A stretch of DNA of 41,945 nucleotides, taken from positions 1-41,945 of the IMG/VR virus record IMGVR_UViG_3300033067_000427, one strand, 5' to 3'. This stretch comes from a virus (taxonomy: Duplodnaviria; Caudoviricetes). A model generated the notes under the pieces. The model saw only the letters and a list, made by a program, of their open reading frames with translations, ran no database searches and was not told the origin of the DNA. Both the position numbers and the translations under genes were made by a program. Positions within the stretch are counted from its first letter, which is position 1. Each line of letters begins with the position of its first letter. Positions 34,716-41,945 of the stretch are shown here, piece by piece.

Positions 34716-36621
34716 AGCAGTTAATAAGTTCAAGGACAAGTTCGCCTCGAAGAAGCGAGAGGTGTTGACTATGTCTGAGTACTTGGAGAAAATCAAGACA
34801 GACCCGTCACTGTACGCTACGCCAGCAGAGCGTCTGCTGAAAGCTATTGGTGAACCCACGGTCTTAGATACTGCTAAGGATGAACGCCTTGGGCGAATCC
34901 ATGGCAATCGTCTTATCCGTACGTACAAACCATTTGAAGAAATCTATGGTATTGAGCGTGTTGTAGAAGAGATCGTATCTTTCCTACGCCATAGTGCTCA
35001 GAACCTAGAAGAATCAAAGCAGATCCTATACTTCCTTGGGCCGGTCGGTTCAGCAAAGTCTACGATTGCTGTCATATTAAAAGAGCTGATGGAACAAGAA
35101 CCCATCTATGTCCTTCAGGGTGCCCCCATGCAAGAGTCGCCCTTGGACTTCTTCCGCCCTAGTGACGCGAAGGATCTTGGAATACCAGCCCGCTATTTAG
35201 GTAAGACGACCTCTTCATGGGCGTTAAAGCGTCTTGAGGAATTCGAGGGTGACATCACTAAGTTTAAGGTCGAGAAGATCTTCCCTAGTGAGGCTCGTCA
35301 GATTGCATTGGGTGTAGTGGTAGCAGGTGATGAAGCTACCCAGGATATCTCTACCATCGTAGGTAAAGTAAACATTCGCGCCTTGGAACATTTCCCAGCG
35401 GATGATCCTGATGCATACAGCTACTCCGGTGGTCTGTGCCGTGGTAACCAAGGTATGATGGAATTCATTGAGATGTTCAAGGCTGACCCTAAGATCTTGC
35501 ATCCCCTGTTGACTGCTACCCAAGAAAAGAACTTTAAAGGTACCGAGGCTCTGTCGTCTATGCCGTTCCATGGTATCATCATGGCGCACAGTAATGAGAC
35601 AGAGTGGGCTCAGTTCCGCTCTAACAAAGCTAATGAAGCGTTCTTAGATCGAGTCTACTTGGTTAAGGTTCCCTACTGCTTACGTATCAACGAAGAGGTA
35701 GAGATCTACAAGAAGATGCTGCGTGGCAGTGAGTTGAGTGAAGCTCCGGTAGCACCTGGTACCTTAGAAATGCTTGCGTCATTCTCAGTGTTAAGCCGTA
35801 TCGAGAATCCTGAGAACTCAAGCTTGATCACTAAGGCGCACGTGTACAATGGTGAAGCATACAAAGATAAAGACGTAGAAGCTAAGTCTCTGTTAGAGTA
35901 CCGGGAAGAGGCCAGTCAGCAAGAGGGTTTCAGCGGACTGTCTACACGTGAAGCGTTCAAGTTACTGTCGAGGGTATTCAACTTCGATTACACCGAGATT
36001 GGTGCTAATGCTGTGCACTTGATGACAGTACTGGATCAAAGCATCGTCGATTTGTTCCAAGGTGAAGATGATCAGACTGTGGCTCGATCTATCTTGAACG
36101 AAGTGTTGAAAGAGGACTACTACCAACTGATCTCTAAAGACATTCAGACAGCGTACTTAGACAGCTATCATGCATATGGTCAAAGCTTGTTTGATCGGTA
36201 CTTGCTGAATGCTGACAACTGGATCCAACAACGTGGGTACAGAGATGTTGAAACTGGGCAAATGCTCGATCTTAAGACACTGGATACTGAGTGCTCTAAG
36301 CTAGAAAAACCAGCTGGCATTACTAACCCTAAAGACTTCCGTAATGAAGTCGTTACCTTCTGCTTGCGCTACAGAGGTAAGCATGGTGGGCAGAATCCAG
36401 ATTGGACCGACCATGAGCAAATCAAGAACGTGATCGAGAAGACCATGTTCGAGAAGACTGAGGATCTTATCCCAGTGATCTCTTTCGGTAAGAAGGGTTC
36501 ACCTGAAGAGGAAGAGAACCATAAGAAGTTTGTTCAGCGGATGAAAGACAGGGGCTATACCGAGAAGCAGATTCGTCTGCTGGTACAATGGCAAATGCAG
36601 TATCAGAAGTCTAAAGAGTAA
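34708..36621 (+). CDS. yeaG: PrkA/YeaG family AAA+ serine kinase/ATPase
   Basis: LEESKQILYFLGPVGSAKS, DISTIVGKV, DDPDAYSYSGGLCRGNQG..EFIEMFKA, AHSNE, NEAFLDR, VPYCL and PKDFRNEVV; full-length 637 aa. Confidence 0.93.
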   Translation: MSKAVNKFKDKFASKKREVLTMSEYLEKIKTDPSLYATPAERLLKAIGEPTVLDTAKDERLGRIHGNRLIRTYKPFEEIYGIERVVEEIVSFLRHSAQNLEESKQILYFLGPVGSAKSTIAVILKELMEQEPIYVLQGAPMQESPLDFFRPSDAKDLGIPARYLGKTTSSWALKRLEEFEGDITKFKVEKIFPSEARQIALGVVVAGDEATQDISTIVGKVNIRALEHFPADDPDAYSYSGGLCRGNQGMMEFIEMFKADPKILHPLLTATQEKNFKGTEALSSMPFHGIIMAHSNETEWAQFRSNKANEAFLDRVYLVKVPYCLRINEEVEIYKKMLRGSELSEAPVAPGTLEMLASFSVLSRIENPENSSLITKAHVYNGEAYKDKDVEAKSLLEYREEASQQEGFSGLSTREAFKLLSRVFNFDYTEIGANAVHLMTVLDQSIVDLFQGEDDQTVARSILNEVLKEDYYQLISKDIQTAYLDSYHAYGQSLFDRYLLNADNWIQQRGYRDVETGQMLDLKTLDTECSKLEKPAGITNPKDFRNEVVTFCLRYRGKHGGQNPDWTDHEQIKNVIEKTMFEKTEDLIPVISFGKKGSPEEEENHKKFVQRMKDRGYTEKQIRLLVQWQMQYQKSKE

Positions 36622-36636
36622 GTAAGAACGGGAGTT

Positions 36637-36684
36637 TGCTGGTTTCCTCCTCTCCCCCTAAAAACCAGCACTTACATGGGGAGG
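36637..36684 (+). promoter_or_regulatory. Hairpin whose loop is complementary to the yeaH SD (possible pseudoknot)
   Basis: Stem TGCTGGTTT/AAACCAGCA; loop TCTCCCC can pair with GGGGAGG at 36678-36684. Confidence 0.5.
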
Positions 36685-36690
36685 CTGTTG

Positions 36691-37863
36691 ATGACTATCA
36701 TTGTAGATAAACGTAAAGGCATGAAGAATGCCGATGCAGGTAACCGGAAGCGATTCATTGATCGCTGCAAGGATGGCTTGCGTAAAGTCGTAGAGAAAGA
36801 ACTTAAAGATAAGAGCATCAAAGACATTGGTAAAAAGGACATCAAGGTCCGTGATACTACCGGTGTTCTAGATGAGCCCTCCTTCCATAATGATTCCACT
36901 ACCGGCAACGCTCCAGTTGTTCGTGGAAATAATCGTCGCTACCACAAGGGCGACAAGATCCAGTCCTCTTCGGGGGGTCAAGGCCAAGGTTCTAAGGCCA
37001 GCGACGCCATGAAAGAATTCTCGTATACCCTATCCAAGAAAGAGTTTCTCGACATCCTATTCGAAGATATGGCCCTGCCTAATTACGTCAAAGAGTCATT
37101 GACCTCAGATAAGAAGTTCCGTTGGAAGAGAGCCGGTGTGGGCCCTGATGGTCCTATCGTGCGTCTCAACCTGCTGAAGACTATGCTTACCTCCATTGGT
37201 AGAAAGTTCGCCGCTAAGGGTGCTGCCGAAGAAGGCGAGGAAAAGAAAGTTCCCTTCATCACTGAGGAAGATTTACGGTTTAACATTTACACTAAACGAC
37301 CAATCTTCATCCGGCATGCTGTAATATTCGCAGTCATGGATATTTCCGGATCTATGGGCGATGGTGAGAAAGCCCTAGCCAAGCGGTTCTTCCTTCTACT
37401 ATACTTGTTCCTAGAGCGCCAGTACGAATCTGTTGACATTGTCTGGATAATGCACGATACTGAGGCACATGAGGTAACTGAGCAAGTGTTTTTCTCAGAG
37501 ACTTCTGGTGGTGGTACCATTGTGTCGTCTGCGTACGAGATGGTTAACAAGATCCTAAACGAACGCTACGATGTCACTAAGACCAACGTGTACATGGCAC
37601 AGTGTAGTGATGGCGACAACTTTGAGGACGAGACTGGATTGATCGAGTACTTGGAAAAGAACATCATTCCTAAGGTGCAGTACCTAGCTTATTTGCAGGT
37701 GCAAGAGCAGGCCAATAGCTGGCGCATGCCTAATATAGGCTTACTAAGGATGTTTGACACGGCTTTTCGTGGCACGCTTAAGGTAGGTTATGGGTTTGCC
37801 TCAACACTAGATGAAGTGTTCCCAGTGCTCAAGCATTTGTTTCGTAAGGGGAGGGAAGAGTAG
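36691..37863 (+). CDS. yeaH: YeaH/YhbH (DUF444) vWA-domain protein
   Basis: IIVD.R...N.KRFI, EP.F, LFEDM.LP, PFI...DLRF, MIDAS-like MDISGSM, AKRFF.LLYLFL, ETSGGGT.VSSA and SDGDN; start MTIIVD after GGGGAGG. Confidence 0.92.
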   Translation: MTIIVDKRKGMKNADAGNRKRFIDRCKDGLRKVVEKELKDKSIKDIGKKDIKVRDTTGVLDEPSFHNDSTTGNAPVVRGNNRRYHKGDKIQSSSGGQGQGSKASDAMKEFSYTLSKKEFLDILFEDMALPNYVKESLTSDKKFRWKRAGVGPDGPIVRLNLLKTMLTSIGRKFAAKGAAEEGEEKKVPFITEEDLRFNIYTKRPIFIRHAVIFAVMDISGSMGDGEKALAKRFFLLLYLFLERQYESVDIVWIMHDTEAHEVTEQVFFSETSGGGTIVSSAYEMVNKILNERYDVTKTNVYMAQCSDGDNFEDETGLIEYLEKNIIPKVQYLAYLQVQEQANSWRMPNIGLLRMFDTAFRGTLKVGYGFASTLDEVFPVLKHLFRKGREE

Positions 37864-39414
37864 ATGTGTAAAGAATTACTATTTTCTGGGCAACATTGGG
37901 ATTTGGAACTTATCGATAAGATCTGGAATCGTATCGAGGAGATCAACAAAGAGAAATACCAGTTGGATTACTTCCCACCCCAAATTGAGGTGGTTACTGC
38001 AAACCAGATGATCCATTACTCGTCTATGCATGGCTTACCTTTTATGTACGATCACTGGTCGTTTGGTAAGGGATATGTAGAGAACCACAAGGCCTACAAC
38101 GCTGGGCAGACTGGCTTAGCCTATGAGATGATCATCAATACTAATCCATCTGTGTGCTACATCATGGAGAACAACGATGCCACTATGCAGGCGTTGGTTC
38201 TAGCCCATGCTGCGATTGGACACAGTTCATTCTTCAAGAACAACTATGGGTTCAAGACCTGGACATCCCCTGACACTGTGTTGACATATGCGAAATTCGC
38301 GAAGGAGTATGTAGCTGAATGCGAGAAGCTATATGGTCCTGAGGCTGTAGAAAAGATCCTAGATGCAGCTCACTCACTACAGTTCAATGGTATTGATCGG
38401 TATGTTCGCACCAGGGAACTACGCGATACTAAGATGGATGAAATGAAGGAAGAGCTAGCCAGGTACCAAGCCATGCTAGATGATCCCGTCTGGAGAACTA
38501 TCCCTGCGAAAGCCCATAGAAAGGAAGATAAGACCTCATTGTTTCCTTGGCCATTCCCAGAAGAAAACTTACTGTACTTCATTGAGAAGAACAGCCCAGG
38601 CCTAGAGAAGTGGCAGCGTGAACTCGTTCGCATCGTGCGTTACTTTGCACAGTACTTCTACCCACAGATTCAGACTAAACTGATGAATGAAGGGTGGGCC
38701 AGTTTCTGGCATTACACTCTAATGACTGACCTCCATGAGGAAGGGTCCATCTCTGATGCGAGTATGCTGTCATTCTTACAAAGTCACACCTCTGTCTGCA
38801 ATCAGCCGCAGCCGAAGACTCGTACGATGGATGGCAAGGTAGTTGACGTACTGACGTCCTCTATAAACCCCTATGCCTTAGGGTATAAGATGTTCAAGCG
38901 CTTGCGACAGGCGTGTGAGAATCCTACAGAAGCGGACTACAAAGAGTTGCCGACGATATGCAATACGAATTGGATAGAGACCTTGAAAGGTATAGCTGAG
39001 GATTACAATGACTCAACATTCATAGGGCAGTTCCTCACCTCTGACCTGGTAGAAGAGTTCGGGTTCTTGATTCTTAAGCCGGCTGTGCCGGATAGGATCG
39101 AAGCTAAGTTCAAGATAAAGAAAGTTCAGGTAACTGAAGTACAAGATAAAGATAAACTGAGCGCAATTCGTAAGCAACTAGCCGAACAGTACGCATTCGG
39201 ATCTAAGTTTCCTACGATAGAAGTAGTGGACTATGATGTTAAAGGGGATAGGTCATTGACTTTGCTCCATAGACCCTATAACATGCAAGTATTGGAGGAA
39301 GAGACTGCCATGGCATGTATGAAGAGTTTGACCAAGCTATGGGGGTATCCAGTTCGGTTACGGACAATCGATGAAGATGGTGAAGAGATCACCAGATCAC
39401 GACGACATTTTTAA
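37864..39414 (+). CDS. ycgB: SpoVR/YcgB family protein
   Basis: HWSFGK, GLAYEMIINTNP, QALVLAHAAIGHSSFFKNN, PEENLLYFIEK, YFYPQ.QTKLMNEGWASFWH and INPYALG. Confidence 0.93.
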   Translation: MCKELLFSGQHWDLELIDKIWNRIEEINKEKYQLDYFPPQIEVVTANQMIHYSSMHGLPFMYDHWSFGKGYVENHKAYNAGQTGLAYEMIINTNPSVCYIMENNDATMQALVLAHAAIGHSSFFKNNYGFKTWTSPDTVLTYAKFAKEYVAECEKLYGPEAVEKILDAAHSLQFNGIDRYVRTRELRDTKMDEMKEELARYQAMLDDPVWRTIPAKAHRKEDKTSLFPWPFPEENLLYFIEKNSPGLEKWQRELVRIVRYFAQYFYPQIQTKLMNEGWASFWHYTLMTDLHEEGSISDASMLSFLQSHTSVCNQPQPKTRTMDGKVVDVLTSSINPYALGYKMFKRLRQACENPTEADYKELPTICNTNWIETLKGIAEDYNDSTFIGQFLTSDLVEEFGFLILKPAVPDRIEAKFKIKKVQVTEVQDKDKLSAIRKQLAEQYAFGSKFPTIEVVDYDVKGDRSLTLLHRPYNMQVLEEETAMACMKSLTKLWGYPVRLRTIDEDGEEITRSRRHF

Positions 39415-39429
39415 CTTTAGGAGAGTAGT

Positions 39430-39972
39430 ATGAGTACAAGTGTAGTAACAGTAAAGATGATTGAGAACAGCGTATCAATCGCCAAGAACGGTGGCGGTAG
39501 TTATGTCGGCACACGGATCACGTATGATGAAGGTGGTCAGATTCGCGTTAAGGGTTTGCATCCTGTAGCCTTATCGAAGAATCCTACCTTGCTATCAAAC
39601 CTAGAAGCGCTATCATCTGGTGGACTCCCTAAGACTGTTGTCTTAACCACAGAAAAGGTAGATGGGTTTGTGAACTTTATTAGCTTGGTTCCAACGGATG
39701 GTGATGTCGATATGACCAGCACATCAACAACCGACACAGGTACAGCACAAGCTACGACGTCAACGACTACGCCCACACGTACATTTGCACCTCGCAATAA
39801 TGTTGGTACAGGTGGGCACAGTAGTAACGGACGTGACGAGGCCATCTCTAAGGCTGTCGCTTTGAAAGCAGCGGTGGAGTTCGGATCTGCCACAGGCGTT
39901 ACCGATGTAGATGCTGTGATCGCTATGTCAGAGAAATTCAACACTTACCTATCCGGTAAGACTGGAGAGTAA
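39430..39972 (+). CDS. Putative ssDNA-binding/replication protein
   Basis: OB-like beta N-terminus, low-complexity Thr linker and C-terminal helix; position before the exonuclease. Function inferred from context. Confidence 0.45.
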   Translation: MSTSVVTVKMIENSVSIAKNGGGSYVGTRITYDEGGQIRVKGLHPVALSKNPTLLSNLEALSSGGLPKTVVLTTEKVDGFVNFISLVPTDGDVDMTSTSTTDTGTAQATTSTTTPTRTFAPRNNVGTGGHSSNGRDEAISKAVALKAAVEFGSATGVTDVDAVIAMSEKFNTYLSGKTGE

Positions 39973-39973
39973 T

Positions 39974-40291
39974 ATGGCTATTGCAACTCTTACATTTGAT
40001 CTATCAGTACCGGAGGATGCAGCTCGCTTTGAGTTGCATTCTCAAGCTGAAAAGCTGTATTGGGCTGTATGGGAACTAACCAATCAGGATCTGCGCCAGA
40101 TTGACAAGTATGATTCGTTGGAAAGTGTACCTCATACAGCATTAGAGTTCCTAACCGATGTCGATGGGAACCCTATCACACTGAAGACTACCACAGATAA
40201 AATTGATGGTGGTGCGATGGTGAGCATTATTCGTGATGTGATCCATGAGAAGTTGAATGAGGCCAAGGTATCATTAGAGTTGTTTAGCTAA
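39974..40291 (+). CDS. Hypothetical protein
   Basis: M..ATL.FDL..PED motif; GGAG SD. Confidence 0.55.
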   Translation: MAIATLTFDLSVPEDAARFELHSQAEKLYWAVWELTNQDLRQIDKYDSLESVPHTALEFLTDVDGNPITLKTTTDKIDGGAMVSIIRDVIHEKLNEAKVSLELFS

Positions 40292-41109
40292 TGTTGGTCT
40301 GCATCGACTCCGACATAATTGTCTATAGGGCAGCCTGTGCCGCACAGAAGACGTACTATGTGGTGTACAATGACGAAGGGGATGTCACTAGCACATTCCC
40401 TGTCGGCATGACTGCAACTGAGATCCTAGCTGTTAAGCCGGAGCTCAAGGGCCATCTGACTGCAGAGGTAGAAGCTGAACCGGTATCGCATGTGTTACGT
40501 GTTACTCGGCAGATGATCAAAGCCATTATGCGTGAAGTCTCAAATCAGTACGGTGGTGATCATTTATTTCGTCTGTACTTAACTGCAGATGATCATACCA
40601 ACTTTAGGTATGACGTAGCTAAGACTAAGCCCTACAAGGGCAATCGTAGTACTCCTAAGCCAGTGCACTACCATAGCGTACGTACTTATCTTAGAGAGCA
40701 ATGGAAGGCCGTAATGGTCAGTGGGATGGAAGCTGATGATGCTATAGGGATCGATGCTACCACAGCTCACAAGGCCCTTATCGTGACGATAGATAAGGAT
40801 CTAGACATGATACCAGGATATCACTACAACTTTGTAAAGAAAGAGTTCTACAAGGTCAGTGAGTTCGATGCGTACAAGAACTTCTACCGACAGATGCTGA
40901 GTGGTGATACGATCGACAACATACCTGGGTTACCAGGGCTAGGTAAAGTTAAAGCAGAGAAAAGACTAGAGGGTGCCAAGACACGTGAGGAACTTGAGGC
41001 CCTAGTCCGAGCAGAATACAAGAAAGCTGGCTTCAACGAAAATTACTACAACGAGATGCGTGATCTGTTGTGGATAAGGAGAGAGAATGTCGATGAATTT
41101 AGTGCTTAA
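40291..41109 (+). CDS. 5'-3' exonuclease (T7 gp6/FEN-like)
   Basis: IDSDIIVY, NFR, YKGNR, EADD, IDKDL and GD.IDNIPGLPGLGKVKA. Confidence 0.92.
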   Translation: MLVCIDSDIIVYRAACAAQKTYYVVYNDEGDVTSTFPVGMTATEILAVKPELKGHLTAEVEAEPVSHVLRVTRQMIKAIMREVSNQYGGDHLFRLYLTADDHTNFRYDVAKTKPYKGNRSTPKPVHYHSVRTYLREQWKAVMVSGMEADDAIGIDATTAHKALIVTIDKDLDMIPGYHYNFVKKEFYKVSEFDAYKNFYRQMLSGDTIDNIPGLPGLGKVKAEKRLEGAKTREELEALVRAEYKKAGFNENYYNEMRDLLWIRRENVDEFSA

Positions 41110-41794
41110 GTGTAGTCGCTGTAAGTTACATAAGAGCCAAGATGAGTTTGGTAGTAATGCTGCTCGCCCCAATGGCAAGAATAATGAATGCGCGGTCTGC
41201 AAACGAATTAGCAGCGCAGAGTATAAAGCTCGAAATCCAGATAAGATTCGAGCAGCACACAAGTTGTATTACCAAAAGAACAAAGCGGTGGTCGATGCAA
41301 AGCATGCCGAGTGGCGGAAGGAGAATCCGTGGTATTTTACTGACTACCAGACATTAGAGCAGTACGGTGAGGTGATCAGGGATCCCCTAGCTAAGACAAA
41401 GGACAGGTTTAGGAGAGCGCGAGCGGTGGGGTACCGGAGCGGTCTAGAGGTTCAGATTGCTAGGCAGCTGGAAGAGGCTGGGATCATGTTTGCGTACGAG
41501 GCCATCAAGATCTCCTACGTAATTCCTGAGTCCTCTCATGTGTATACCCCCGACCATCTCATAGTAAGGGAGGATGGGTCAATTCTGATAATTGAGACTA
41601 AAGGTATTTTTGAATTGGCGGATCGTAAGAAGCATCTATGGATTAAAGAGCAGCATCCAGAGCTAGACCTCCGTTTCGTGTTTCAAAATGCTAATGCTAA
41701 GTTACGCAAAGGTGCAAAGAGCACATACGGTGAATGGTGCGAAAAAAATGGTTTCCTTTATGCCCATAAGACAATACCTGAGGAGTGGTTATGA
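41087..41794 (+). CDS. T7 endonuclease I-like resolvase with N-terminal zinc-finger extension
   Basis: YRSGLE, YTPD, IETKG, DRKKH...QHPELDLRFVF and W.EK.GF; N-terminal CSRC...CAVC. Confidence 0.88.
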   Translation: MSMNLVLKCSRCKLHKSQDEFGSNAARPNGKNNECAVCKRISSAEYKARNPDKIRAAHKLYYQKNKAVVDAKHAEWRKENPWYFTDYQTLEQYGEVIRDPLAKTKDRFRRARAVGYRSGLEVQIARQLEEAGIMFAYEAIKISYVIPESSHVYTPDHLIVREDGSILIIETKGIFELADRKKHLWIKEQHPELDLRFVFQNANAKLRKGAKSTYGEWCEKNGFLYAHKTIPEEWL

Positions 41795-41945
41795 TCTCGT
41801 TACACAATCTAGATGCGTTGCTAACGCTAGAAGAGAATTCTCAGTTGTCACCTGAAGAGGTCGATAGACTGGTCAAGGTGCGAGGGTTAGACCTAGCACA
41901 GCTTAAAGTAATCTGGGGGGAGGCATTCGAAGTATTGAAGAAAGG
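41791..41945 (+). CDS. Hypothetical protein (partial, runs off window)
   Basis: ATGA overlap with the endonuclease stop; GAGGAG SD; open to the window end. Confidence 0.5.
   Translation, partial: MISLHNLDALLTLEENSQLSPEEVDRLVKVRGLDLAQLKVIWGEAFEVLKK

Noticed and set aside
31903-36621. Introns or inteins in the polymerase or PrkA
   Set aside because: ORFs are continuous and of normal length, with no intein splice motifs seen.
1-41945. tRNA genes, integrase/att sites, T7-type RNA polymerase promoters
   Set aside because: None recognised by eye; they could lie outside the window or need tRNAscan or a motif search to detect.

Overview
The window is part of a tailed dsDNA phage genome (podovirus-like) with two divergent arms. 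The left arm (minus strand, ~1-16.9 kb) holds lysis genes (3TM holin, amidase), small and large terminase, portal, a GroES co-chaperonin, scaffold, major capsid protein, three paralogous virion proteins, a tail fibre and Gly-rich tail proteins. A ~1.6-kb non-coding control region (~16.9-18.5 kb) separates the arms. The right arm (plus strand) begins with many small early genes under near-consensus sigma70 promoters and continues into T7-like replication genes: primase, helicase, family A DNA polymerase, 5'-3' exonuclease and endonuclease I. No phage RNA polymerase, integrase or repressor is visible here. The most notable cargo is a complete prkA/yeaG-yeaH-ycgB/spoVR operon inside the replication module. 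It comes with an RpoH-like sigma factor, an M17 aminopeptidase, two ClpP-like peptidases and an SbmA/BacA-like transporter, which together suggest a stress/proteostasis toolkit. Non-coding candidates include a ~460-nt promoter-driven, pseudoknot-rich RNA upstream of the terminase genes and a duplicated, covarying leader hairpin behind two early promoters. All calls come from motif recognition and base-pairing by eye; no database search or folding program was run.
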